Assembly: GCA_012295275.1 (NCBI GenBank)
Contig: CM022669.1
Location: 4,402,001 to 4,466,000, forward strand
Origin: Chrysomallon squamiferum
Taxonomy: Eukaryota; Animalia; Mollusca
Direction: 5' to 3'
Length of the DNA stretch: 64,000 nucleotides
The notes under the pieces are model-generated. The model searched no databases. It worked only from the letters and a program-made list of their open reading frames with translations, and had not been told where the DNA came from. Shown here piece after piece: positions 1 to 13,986 of the stretch (position 1 is the stretch's first letter; each line of letters begins with the position of its first letter). Position numbers and translations under genes: made by a program.

Positions 1-1560
1 CTTAATGCATATACAATTCTAAAAGAAATAAAATTCAATTAATTAAAAATTGGCAGAGAATTTAAAAACAAATAAAGTTCAGAATATTAACAAAATACAA
101 AAAGAAATAATAAATTCTGATATTAAAAAGTCGAATCTCTCAAATGACAGATTAAAATATTTTATTTACTGATTTTTTTTTTTTTATTATAACAGAAATA
201 AGCAAAGTACACAGGATAAAACAAAAGAAAAAAGAAACAAATAAAGAACCACGTTGAATTATTAAAACGATAGAAGCTCGGCGTCTTCGCAGGTTCCATT
301 TTTCGGATAATTACCGTACGTAAGCTTAGTGAATACATCTCACGTAAGGGACATAACTCTAATCTATGTCTGTGAACACATCTCACTAAAGGGAGATAAC
401 TGTAATCGATATAATTTTTACTTTGCTTAGTGAGTACATCTCACGTAAGGGACCTAACTCTAATGTGTTTGTGAGCACATATCACTAAAACGAGATAATT
501 CTAATTGATCTGATTTTTCTCTTTCCTTAGTATACACAGACACAGACACACACACACAGACACACACACACACACACACACACAGAATCACACACACAGA
601 ATCATACGCAGAGAAAAACCTCTGGTACTTAATGCATATACAATTCTAAAAGAAATAAAATTCAATTAATTAAAAATTGGCAGAGAATTTAAAAACAAAT
701 AAAGTTCAGAATATTAACAAAATACAAAAAGAAATAATAAATTCTGATATTAAAAAGTCGAATCTCTCAAATGACAGATTAAAATATTTTATTTACTGAT
801 TTTTTTTTTTATTATAACAGAAATAAGCAAAGTACACAGGATAAAACAAAAGAAAAAAGAAACAAATAAAGAACCACGTTGAATTATTAAAACGATAGAA
901 GCTCGGCGTCTTCGCAGGTTCCATTTTTCGGATAATTACCGTACGTAAGCTTAGTGAATACATCTCACGTAAGGGACATAACTCTAATCTATGTCTGTGA
1001 ACACATCTCACTAAAGGGAGATAACTGTAATCGATATAATTTTTACTTTGCTTAGTGAGTACATCTCACGTAAGGGACCTAACTCTAATGTGTTTGTGAG
1101 CACATATCACTCAAACGAGATAATTCTAATTGATCTGATTTTTCTCTTTCCTTAGTATACACAGACACAGACACACACACACAGAAACACACACACACAC
1201 ACACACAGAATCACACACACAGAATCATACGCAGAGAAAAACCTCTGGTACTTAATGCATATACAATTCTAAAAGAAATAAAATTCAATTAATTAAAAAT
1301 TGGCAGAGAATTTAAAAACAAATAAAGTTCAGAATATTAACAAAATACAAAAAGAAATAATAAATTCTGATATTAAAAAGTCGAATCTCTCAAATGACAG
1401 ATTAAAATATTTTATTTACTGATTTTTTTTTTTATTATAACAGAAATAAGCAAAGTACACAGGATAAAACAAAAGAAAAAAGAAACAAATAAAGAACCAC
1501 GTTGAATTATTAAAACGATAGAAGTTCGGCGTCTTCGCAGGTTCCATTTTTCGGATAATT
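1..1560. repeat. ~625-bp tandem repeat array, forward orientation (about 2.5 units, cut by window start)
   Basis: Unit start CTTAATGCATATACAATTCT recurs at 1, 628 and 1251 (periods 627 and 623). Units are near-identical and each holds two ~100-bp sub-repeats (GCTTAGTGARTACATCTCACGTAAGGGAC...) and an (AC)n/ACAG tract. Confidence 0.95.
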
Positions 1561-1579
1561 CTGTGTTTCTGTTTTTCGG

Positions 1580-2789
1580 TGTTTCTGTGTGTGTGTGTCT
1601 GTGTCTGTGTATACTAAGGAAAGAGAAAAATCAGATCAATTAGAATTATCTCGTTTTAGTGATATGTGCTCACAAACACATTAGAGTTAGGTCCCTTACG
1701 TGAGATGTACTCACTAAGCAAAGTAAAAATTATATCGATTACAGTTATCTCCCTTTAGTGAGATGTGTTCACAGACATAGATTAGAGTTATGTCCCTTAC
1801 GTGAGATGTATTCACTAAGCTTACGTACGGTAATTATCCGAAAAATGGAACCTGCGAAGACGCCGAGCTTCTATCGTTTTAATAATTCAACGTGGTTCTT
1901 TATTTGTTTCTTTTTTCTTTTGTTTTATCCTGTATACTTTGCTTATTTCTGTTATAATAAAAAAATCAGTAAATAAAATATTTTAATGTGTCATTTGAGA
2001 GATTCGGCTTTTTAATATCAGAATTTATTATTTCTTTTTGTATTTTGTTAATATTCTGAACTTTATTTGTTTTTAAATTCTCTGGCAATTTTTAATTAAC
2101 TGAATTTTATTTCTTTTAGAATTGTATATGCATTAAGTACCAGAGGTTTTCCTCTGCGTATGATTCTGTGTGTGTGATTCTGTGTGAGTGTGTGTGTGTG
2201 TTTCTATGTGTGTGTGTCTGTGTCTGTGTATACTAAGGAAAGAGAAAAATCAGATCAATTAGAATTATCTCGTTTTAGTGATATGTGCTCACAAACAGAT
2301 TAGAGTTAGGTCCCTTACGTGAGATGTACTCACTAAGCAAAGTAAAAATTATATCGATTACAGTTATCTCCCTTTAGTGAGATGTGTTCACAGACATAGA
2401 TTAGAGTTATGTCCCTTACGTGAGATGTATTCACTAAGCTTACGTACGGTAATTATCCGAAAAATGGAACCTGCGAAGACGCCGAGCTTCTATCGTTTTA
2501 ATAATTCAACGTGGTTCTTTATTTGTTTTTTTTTTTTTTTTTTTTATCCTGTGTACTTTGCTTATTTCTGTTATATTAAAAAAAAAATCAGTAAATAAAA
2601 TATTTTAATGTGTCGTTTGAGGTATTCGGTTTTTTAATATCAGAATTTATTATTTCTTTTTATATTTTGTTAATATTCTGAACTTTATTTGTTTTTAAAT
2701 TCTCTGGCAATTTTTAATTAATTGAATTTTATTTCTTTTAGAATTGTATATGCTTTAAGCACCAGAGGTTTTTCTCTGTGTATGATTCT
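1580..2789. repeat. Same ~625-bp repeat in inverted orientation (about 2 units)
   Basis: Reverse complement of the 1-1560 unit. The same spurious 72-74 aa ORF appears on - at 162/793 and on + at 1758/2377. Confidence 0.95.
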
Positions 2790-3690
2790 TACAGCAGCCG
2801 GATAACAAACAGTTCATCAGTTATATTTGTCATATAATGTTTTGTCGAAAGTAACGTTTAATTCTGGAATCTGTTGTTGGTTTTCTCTACAGATTTTTGT
2901 GGCAGACACAGAGCCGGGTTATCCACCTCCAAAACCACCAGAAACCAGGAAGAAAGATATTTTCAAAATAGAGGATTATCAAGATATCGAAGTGAAAGCA
3001 AAACATGTTAGAGTCTTGTTTATAAGATATGGAATAACCTCAATTCGACACGTCTGTTTTATGTGTCTGTATATGTGGTGTAATTTTATGTATGTATTTA
3101 TGTCTGTGTATGTACATATGTATGCACGTTTTATGAATGTATATGAGTGAGCGTATGTCTGTATTTATATAGTATGATTGTGTATGGAAGTCGCTTTTAT
3201 CGTTATTATGGTTTTTATCGTGTTGCTATTTTTATGCTGATAATAATAGTTACTGTTTTCCTTATACTTATTATTATCATTATTACAGGCTTCGCAAGAT
3301 GACGCCTCCACTTACACGTCACTCGTAAACTATCTCACCTCAGATTTGAAGACAGATCTTCAGAAATTTAGGTCTATTTTCGTGTGGCTGGGAAATCAGA
3401 GAATCTACAACATGTCGTATCCTGACGTCAAAAACCGAAACACACCCAGAGGCTACATGAAACTAATAAAAAATCACATACGGTCGTACACATCATTCTT
3501 TGCCCTCCTTTGCAGGTATGTATTGCATTGTAATTGTCGTAAAGTTTCTAGAAGTATAATTTAATTAGTAATATAAAAAGAAATAAAAGTATTTAAGATC
3601 CCAAACAACCGGGCAAACAGTCGGTTACTGAAAATGTGTTCTTAAGGGGAAGTCCGTTAACTATCTATCTGTAGGTATGTCTGTCTGATT

Positions 3691-3704
3691 GTGTGTGTGT
3701 GTGT

Positions 3705-3785
<81 letters not shown>
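3691..3785. repeat. (GT)n(CT)n microsatellite
   Basis: Read directly; lies in an intron of copy 1. Confidence 0.95.
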
Positions 3786-3787
<2 letters not shown>

Positions 3788-4451
3788 ATTTATTCATTTA
3801 TTCATTTAGAGCATCCAAAATTCCGTGTGTTCTAATCACAGGACATTTCAAGGATACAGAGTTTGAAGTTGGCGATACAGACCTTAGTCACCACTACTCT
3901 GCCTGGAATGCTGTGTATGTAGATTATTCCTGGAGGATTGTCCACCCTTTCTGGGCTTTCACAGGAGTAGTAGGGCACGAAACGGGTCGATGGACTTTAA
4001 TAGAAAACCAAGGAAAAGGCGCAAGGCAAAAGCAACAAAAATCAGAAGGAATGCACAAAAAGATGTCAAATAATCCAGAATATGCCTTGGAAATCAACGC
4101 CAAAGAGAAGGGTTCTCTAGGTCAATTTGAGAACGTCTGTAACTACTTGATTTCTTCTGATCAAAAGGAATGGGCAAATGTATCAACGAATGAGGTAAAT
4201 GGCTATTGTTCATATTTGAGTTTCTTTCTTTTTATGATTGGTTGCAGTGGTTATTTATTTTGGTACAGGCTTATTTTTTCTTTCTTAATTTGTTTTTAGT
4301 TTCAGTTTTATTTTCCTTTTATTTGCCTTTTAAAGTGGACAAACAGAAAGGACAATGCAGTGATAGTTACCATATATTTTACTTCATTATTTTATTTAAA
4401 CAAAAGATATTCATTCATATAAACATGTCTGTATCTATAAAGAACAGGTAA

Positions 4452-4560
<109 letters not shown>

Positions 4561-5035
4561 AATAGATACATACATATTATTATATAAATAATTATGTGTA
4601 TGTGTGTAGGAGTGTGTTTTTCTGTATTTGTCTGCCTTTATGTGTTTATTTCAGAAGAGAGAGAGAGAGAAACAGAGAGAGAGAAAGAGATAGAGAAAAA
4701 AATGACAGAGACACAGAGAGAGAAAGAGAGAGAAAGAAAGAAAGAGAGAGACAGAAAGAGAGTGAGAGTGAGAGAAGAGAGAGAGAGTTACATATTATAC
4801 ACACATATAGTAAACATACAGTGAGAGAAGGAGACAATTCGACACGTTGATAAGTACATTCAGACTTTGTAAAGACATATTCAACTTTAAGATTGTGAAA
4901 AGAAAGCTGATCAAGGAAACTGAAGGTGACGACATAGAAGAGCTAGAAAAGACTGAACAGCAGCATGACGAAGAACTGACAGCTGCGAAAGAAAGGCTCG
5001 TTGAATTACATCTAAACCGTGAGTAGTGTGTAAAT

Positions 5036-5221
<186 letters not shown>

Positions 5222-5919
5222 CTTCCCTGTCTCTAAAGATACAGACATCCAGATAGACTAGTGGCAGAAAGATATTTGTGTGTATTTGTGTGTGTGTTTG
5301 TTAGTATATATGTGCACATAGAGAGAGAGAGGGAGAGAGAGAGAGAGAGACACACACACACACACACATACACACAGACACACAGGTCGAAAGAAGTATA
5401 GATCAGGGAAAATAGATATATTACGTTGTCTTTCTGTTTTCTGTTTTTCACAAGGTGTGAAAGAGGCCTCGAAGAAAAGAGATCTTCCTGAACTGAGCGA
5501 CGCTATTTACAGCGCCGAGAACTCGATCTCTTCACAGATGATCGTCAACTCAGATACCATGAATGAAGCTCGCCAAGTCCAAGAACAGCTGAAGAGACTA
5601 AAACTGTTTCTGCATAAAGTAGTCGAACTAAAACAAGAAACTGTGTCTGAAATACACAGCTACAACCGGCCGAAGAGAGTCATTCATGACGTGATGAAAG
5701 CGACATATCTCATTCTAGGAGAAAAAGAAAAAAACTGAAGGTAAGCTCAGTCATTGTTCATTTTTCTTGTTATGTAATTGAGATTTTCTTACTTACACAT
5801 ATATGTATATATACACACATTTAGATTGGAAAGCGCAAAAGTCTATTATATATACATATATTTTATTTTCAACGTCAGTGTAAACATAAATACGTATTTG
5901 TATCTGTCTCTCTTTTTTA

Positions 5920-5954
<35 letters not shown>

Positions 5955-8900
5955 GTGTGTGTGTGTGTTTGTTTACAGAATACAGTATATTTACGCTAAG
6001 AGTATGTTGAAATGATTTATTTAATATTTCTAGAAGTGGAAGTACGTACAGACTCTGTTGAGACGTATCGGAAAGGACAGTATTGTTACACGTATTAAAG
6101 ATTTTGATATTGTGAGGTTGTCAATCCCTTCTGCTAAACGAGCCGACATTTTGCTTAACCAGTACAAACTTGTTGACGTCAGACAACACAGTGCAGGGGC
6201 CGGCACATTTTACGTCTGGGTAAGTTTTTGATATTAACACTAAAAGAGATTATCAGTCTCATCCGCGCTCTAGTTCCGCCACCGGTCCTAAAGAATATCT
6301 TTGGTGATACTAACAAATAGTACAGCCTAATTAAGACATGGATAACCATTTTCGAGAAACATGGCTCATTCTTCAGACAGGCTGTACTACTAATAAACAT
6401 TATTTTCATCCTGAAAATAGAATTGTCTTTCAGAAAACACAGCGGGCCCCAATTTTCCCATGACTGTCCTAAATATTCACTGCATATTTCATTGTAGTCT
6501 TAGGATAGAGTTGGCTATAAGGTCCCCTTGGGATAAAAAGCCCACTGGCTTTATAGCGAAGTGTACATATGAACTGAAACCAGAAACTACATCATAAGAT
6601 TCCACTGACGTCGTAGATATATTCATCCTGTACCACGAAACTTCACTTCTAACTCATGTAAGTGTTTTATGAAATTTCGAATATTTGACAGATTCGTATA
6701 ATATTTTGTATTCGTGTTTTAGGTTAAAGAATGGTCACGTACTCACAAAGTACTGTGAAGTTAGGAAGGGATGTATTGACTTTATGTTTAATAACTTGTT
6801 TTTGGTTTGTAACAGAATAATTGATGGTGCATTCATTAAAATTTCGCCTAAAAGGCCCCATTACAAGATATTATTCTTTTATAAATGTGAGTGTTTTATT
6901 ATATTCGTTTAATGTCACAAATACACTAAATCAGTTCCTCTGTTCATTAATTATATTTACTGCTCAAAACGGGGAAAAGTTGCTAAATGTGATATAAAAT
7001 ATATAATATTTTCCTTAAGGGACGCTTTTACCCAATGCTATACTATATTTATTTTTTACATCTAGTCTTAATTTTTAATGAAGTATAGATAGGATCGAGT
7101 AAATCTTGAAAAATATCAGAGTGTAATGACGCAGTTCAGATGTTTTGTATCAGTATTATTTTATGATGAGGAAAAAAGGTCCAAGATGTGAATTATAATA
7201 AATTTCATTTGACCATTTGTAGTGTCAAATGTTCATACTTTTAGTCTCGTAGTTAAATGGATCAAACGTCATTAACTACCCACTAATTGCCAAATATTGG
7301 AATCATTAGAAAGAGAAGAAAAATAGACCATAAGGATTATGATTGCAGCAGATTAGACTGGTTCTAAGTTTCATTTATAAAGATGACTCTTGAAGGGAAG
7401 TAACTCACAGAGAATTGCAGAGTTGAACGAATAAAAGCGTCCTTTCTATAGATTAATATGTTTCTGAAAATATTAAACATTGTAGATGTAAAATAGATTT
7501 TGTTTTGTTTTATTTTGTTTCATTTCATTTCTTTATTTTTTATTGATATGTTTGTATTTATTTGTTTGTTTGTTTGTTTATTAATTAATTAATTTATTTA
7601 TTTATTGATAAATATTCTATTTTTTATTTGTTTCCAGAGTAACAACATAATAAGTGAAAAGATTAGAGAAGTGTAATTTTGAACAGAGAATGGAATCAAT
7701 ACAAGACTACAGTTATGTTCTTTTTCTTTGGACGAATTCAACTACAGCAGAGAAAATCGACAAAAATGTAGGATATTTAGTCACGGTTGACTGACGTTTT
7801 GTGATAAAGATGCGTAGATTACTGTCGATTAAATACTTTAATAAGTACTGTACCAAGGAAGTTTATACACTATATATAATTACACTTTACTATACTATAG
7901 ATAAAGCAATGTACATCACTACGAGAGACTTGTTATAAAATAATACTTAGAAATTATAATAAATTGTATTTTTTGTTGTTGTGGGGGTTACTACAAGTTG
8001 AAAAACTAAAATTTTGAAATAATTTCATATTGAATCAACATAAAGTGATGTTTTGAGTGTGTAGGTAAACTGAACCAAGACTCTTCTAATTAGCCACTTC
8101 GTTACATAAATCCGGTTATTTTATATTTGTGTGTATATTGTCACATTGTCTGTGTGTTTGTATCATTATATAAAGGAAAGTTTAAGATACATATTTTCAC
8201 TGTGATACAAGCGATGATGTGTATTGTTCATCATTAGAACTAGGAAAAATACTACAAGTCAACAAAAAACTGAATCAGACGGAGTTACGTCCCTTCAATC
8301 ACACTGCATTAAAAACATTTTGAAACTGATCAGACACTATGAACAGGCCTGTTCGGATACGTAATTTAAAAAATAAGCGCTCCATTGCCTCATGTTTTTC
8401 AAGATGATATAAGTTTTATTATTAAAGAAAAAAGAAGAGAACTTTGCTCGGCACAAGAACAGAATCAGAGTGCACCTGTCACCCATTCTCAGGCAGATCA
8501 GTTACAACACTGAGTAACTGTCCATTGTGTTTGTTTCACTGTGCGTTGAGGCTTTGTTTATTGAAATAAGTACTCTTAATTCAGGTCACGTACTCTTTGT
8601 TTGTGTTGGTGCTTATGTAGAAGTCATATCTAATCATAGATATTATCTTGAAGATATTTCGTTATTTACTTCCTCGTTTATTTGTTGTCGGGAAAGGATT
8701 GCAGTATTAATTTAGATTTCAAGCTTCAAGACTTGTTGCCAGACATTTAACAAGTGGATCGTGTAGTAATACTGTAAGTTTATCACAAAACGTTTTTGAA
8801 TCAATTTAACAGTGAAATATTCACGTTAAGATATAACAAAGAATTTAAACAGAAGAGCCAAATGTCACAATTTATACGCAAAACACTTAAAGAGACAGAC

Positions 8901-9149
8901 TTGAATGCGAGACGGTTATTTATTAAACCCAGAGTATCTTAAACTGAAGACAAAATGTTGTTTATAAATTAACTAATTCTAACAGTATGTATGAATAATG
9001 GGTTCTGATTACTGATGTTTAATAGAAACTCAGTTTTGATAATCACAATGTATCAAACTTATAATGACTTAGTTTTATACAGAGTAAAATAAAATAATAA
9101 GGATGAAAATAAATAAATAAATAAATAATAAATAATAATAATAATAATA

Positions 9150-9196
<47 letters not shown>

Positions 9197-9426
9197 AATT
9201 ATAATATTATCTTAAATTACTTTTTTCATTTTACAAAAAGACATCAATATTTTTTTTTTTATTTATTCAGAATTTGATTAATTTTGGCTGTAACTGAGTT
9301 TGTTTTCTCGTTCTCCAACTCTTTAATAAAACACGAATACTGTCAACATGTTAACATATGCACAGACTGTAGAATATTATACGCGGCCATTGACTTTTAA
9401 ATGTGAAGATAACAGAGGCGTGGCGT

Positions 9427-9449
9427 TGTTTGCCAGTCCCCGGGGCAAC
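9427..9449 (+). promoter_or_regulatory. Candidate forkhead site next to an RFX X-box-like site upstream of KY-like copy 2
   Basis: TGTTTGC (9427-9433) followed by GTCCCCGGGGCAAC (9436-9449; fits GTNNYY-N0-3-RGYAAC), in a locally GC-rich patch ~0.9 kb before the ATG. Motif match only. Confidence 0.3.
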
Positions 9450-10180
9450 GCAAGTGTAGTGCACCCCCTAACCCGTGGCAATTTATCCATCCCCGAACCT
9501 CTTTCACTAGTCCACTAATGAAGCTAAGAATTCTGCGACCGAGGTAACCGCCCTTGTGGCCCCTCCCACGCTCCACCCCTCGAATTTAATAACTACATGA
9601 CTGAAACAATGGCTTCACGACAGCTTAACATAATTAATTTAATATCATTGAATCTATCCCTTTTTGTTTTAAATATTATATTTCATTATATTGGTCTTAA
9701 TGAAAGCATATAGACCCAGTTCTGTCACTTCTAATTAAAAAGATTTATATATTTATCTTTGCATAGGCGACGGAAACATAAAACATCTATTGACACATGG
9801 TGTAAAAGATTATTACTCAACAACAGTTGTATTTTAAATCCTCGATCGCTGTCTACTATCACCCGGACATATTCGATCACGTGATCTACTTCAGAAAAAC
9901 AAATAATAAGCGTTTTTCTCGGAATCAGCCTATCTTGACTGGACCTGTCGTTGATCTTCGTATTTATCTCTGAGTGAAAACACATTATTCAAGTGGTTGA
10001 CGGTTAACAAGGAGGTGCGTCTCGATTTTATTTCAAAGTTAGACAAACTTCGATACACTTCGAGACAGTTGTCTTACAGTTACGTGCTGTAAGTATTAAG
10101 TATAAATTCAGGTTTGTGTATATTATTATTGTTATTATTGTTTTAATGATTACTATTAATATTATTATTGTTATAATTAA

Positions 10181-10232
<52 letters not shown>

Positions 10233-10266
10233 ATTGCCCTTGCCGATACATACATATACGTATACA

Positions 10267-10303
<37 letters not shown>

Positions 10304-10372
10304 ATCAGTCTGCAGACTGGTGATACCCATAATTTAGAATATTTTAATAATTATATTTTAGGTTGACAGAAA

Positions 10373-11398
10373 ATGGGATGTGGAGCAAGCAAGTCTACCC
10401 CTGTTGTGGACGAAGACGACACAGATATAGATTTTGTAAGTAGCATGTTTTGATGCAGTCGTTATTATTATATTTTTTCTTTTTATTCTAAAACAGACGA
10501 ACAAATGGTCTAAAAGAACATCATATACTTTCCAGTTCTTATTTATTTTTTGTTAGTAAAACAGAAAGTAATATATAAAACAGAAAATTTGCGAGGATTC
10601 ACATATGCTGACGTCTTCTTCATTTAATATGATGTCATTACATAGTAATCTTGTCTTTAGTAATGTCTCACAGTATTTATTATACCGGTGATATTTTACA
10701 GTACGAATACACTATATCAGTGACATTTATTACATATGCTATAGCAATAGTATTACATAGGACATATTTTACATAAACTATGCCAGTGATATTTGTTACA
10801 TATTCTATATCAACAGCATTTCATTTGACATATTTTACAAACACGATTTCAATAGTATTTCATATGACATATCAGTGATATTTGTTACATATACTATATC
10901 AATATAGTTTTATATGACATATCTTACATACACTGTATCAGTAGTATTTCAAATGACATATCTTACACTAAATCAATAGTATTTCATATCAAATATCTTT
11001 CATATACCATATGAATAGTATTTCATTTGACATACCTCACATACACCATGACAGTCATATTACACACTGCACATAATAAACACACACTATATCAGTAATA
11101 TTTTACAGCAGCCGGATTACAAACAGTTCAACAGTTATATTTGTCATATGATGGTTTGTCGAAAGTAACGTTTAGTTCTGGAATCTGTTGTTGTTTTTTT
11201 CACCAGATTTTTGTGGAAGACACAGAGCCGGGCTATCCACCGCCAAAACCACCAGCAACCAGGAAGAAAGATATTTTCAAAATAGAGGATTATCAAGATA
11301 TCGAAGTCAAAGCAAAGAAGGTAAGAATCTGGTATATAAGCTATTGATTTACCTAAAAAGTACTGATGTCTTTTAGGTGCCTGCTTTAATGTAAAGTA

Positions 11399-11431
<33 letters not shown>

Positions 11432-13680
11432 TGTATGTATGTATGTATGTTACTGTTTTTCTTATAATAATAATACTTATTATTATTACAGGCTTCGCAA
11501 GATGACGCCTCCACTTACACGTCACTCGTAAACTATCTCACCTCAGATTTGAAGACAGATGTTCAGAAAGTTAGATATATTTTCGTTTGGCTGGGAAACC
11601 AGAGAATCTACGACATGACGTATCCTGGCGTGAAAGACCCAAACACACCTAGAGGCTATATGAAACTAATAAAATATCGTAAAGGGTCGTACCCGTTATT
11701 CTTTGCCCTCATTTGCAGGTATGAACACACTGTAATTGTTTAAATCATACATAAATATAATTTAATTAGTAATATTAAAAGAAATAAGGAAACAGGAAGT
11801 GTTGATTCCGAAAGAAACGGGCAAACACTTAAATACTGAGAATATATTCATAAGGGAAAGTCCCTCTGTCTATCTATCTATATATATCTGTCTGGATGTT
11901 TGTCTCTCTGTCTATATATCTGTCAGTTAGTCTATAAATCTATCTATCTATCTATCAATCCATCTATCTATCTATCTGTCTGTCTGTCTGTCATCTGTCT
12001 GTCTGCCTGTCTGTCTGTCTATCTCTCTCTATCTATCTATCTCTATCTCTATCTGTCTGTCTGTCTGTCTGTCTGCGTGTCTGTCTGTCTCTGCATATCA
12101 GTTTATCTATCTATCTATATATCAGTCTGTCTGTGTATCTGTCTGTCTGTCTACCTGTATGTTTGTCTCTGACTGTGTGTCCGTCCGTCCGTCCATCCGT
12201 CCATCCACATGGCCTAACAGTCTGTCTTATTGTGTGTCTGAATGTTCATCAGCAATTTTCTCTCTCAGGGCAGCCAACATTCCGTGTGTTATAATCAGAG
12301 GCAAAACCAAAGGTCTAGGGTTTGAAGTTGGTGACACAGACATCAGTAACCGCAACTCTACCTGGAATGCTGTGTATGTAGATCAGTCCTGGAGGATTGT
12401 CCACCCTTTCTGGGCGTTCACAGGAGTGGTAGGGCACGAAACGGGTCGATGGACTTTAATAGAAAACCAAGGAAAAGGCGCCAGGCAAAAGCAACAAAAA
12501 TCAGAAGGAATGCACATTTATCATCGTAATGAATTTTATTTTCTCACCAATCCCGATGAGTTTATTTATATGTGTATGGCTTCCGAGAAAGAATGGCAGC
12601 TGTTACCATCGTCTTGGACTGAAGCTGATTTTGTTCGAGTTCCTATGTTTTCAGAATCTTATTTTTCTTCTGGCATAAAACTAAAAAGTGAAAATATTGG
12701 AGTAAAGAAATCTAAAGAAGGCTTAGTCAAGATCAGCTTTAAGATGCTTACAGAACGTCTACTAACTTACAAGTTGTTGTTTGACGAAAAAATGTCAGAA
12801 GAGAAACTGCCAAAAGACGTCCAGGCAGACTTGTACGTTTTACAGAACAACGAAGACAAAATAAAATCATTTATCATTCGCTTCCCTGTACGAGGTATTT
12901 ATAAGATGGAAATCAACGACGGCTTGTGTAACTTCAGGCTCGATTGTGATTCAATGGGGAAAAATACAAATCCTTTCCCAACAAATCCAGCAATAGGATT
13001 CGGCTACAATTTGAAAGCTGCAGAAGCAGGTTTGACTCAACCTTCCGTCAAAAACGGTATTGTTATCATGGACTGTGGTACGGTGAAGAAGTTCCAGTTC
13101 AAAAGCATCAAAGAACTGGAATTTCAGGTTTTTCTTAAACATTACTCGAAGGTTGTACAAAATCTTGAAGAGTTTATTAATGTGGAGCAAAAGGGTGAAA
13201 ATGTCATTGTCACTGTGACAATGCCAGACAAAAACGTGTCAAATAATCCAGAATATGCCTTGGAAATCAACGCCAAAGAGAAGGGTTCTCGAGATAAATT
13301 TGAAAACGTCTGTAACTACTTGATTTCTTCTGATCAAAAGGAATGGGCAAATGTATCAACAACGAAGGAGGTAAATTGCTATTTTTCATATTATACACAT
13401 GTATAGTAGACATACAGTCAGAGAAGGAGTTAAATCGAAACGTTGCTTCGTACATACAGAGTTTGTAATGACATATTTAACTTTCAGATGGTGGATGCTA
13501 AAACAAAGCTGATCAAGGCAACTGAAGGTGATGACATAGAACAGATAGAAAAAGCTGTACGGAATTTTGTCATGTCTCGGCAGCATGATGAAGGACAACT
13601 GACAGCTGCGAAAGAAAGGCTTGTTGAATTACATCTTGTTGAACTACATCTAAAACGTGAGTCTCTCTCTCTCTCTGTGT

Positions 13681-13735
<55 letters not shown>

Positions 13736-13935
13736 CTCTCTCTTGTTGTATCTCTCTCTCTCTCTGTCTCTCTCTATCTCTCTCTGTCTCTACCTCTCTC
13801 TCTCATTTATAAGCTGAAAACATAGAAGTTATGATACTTCCGTCATCAACACTGTTAGAAAGATGGTTAAAATGAAAGAGATGCACAGAGAGTCAGACAG
13901 CCAGACGGACAGACAGACAGATAATTGTTGGACGG

Positions 13936-13986
<51 letters not shown>

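Noticed and set aside
162-2598. Four near-identical 72-74 aa ORFs (MRCVHRHRLE...)
   Set aside because: They are readings of the satellite unit, start at GTG, vary with homopolymer length and resemble no protein I recognise.
1-2789. CRISPR-like or other prokaryotic repeat array
   Set aside because: No short constant repeats with unique spacers; the units are long and wholly repeated, in eukaryotic intron-containing DNA.
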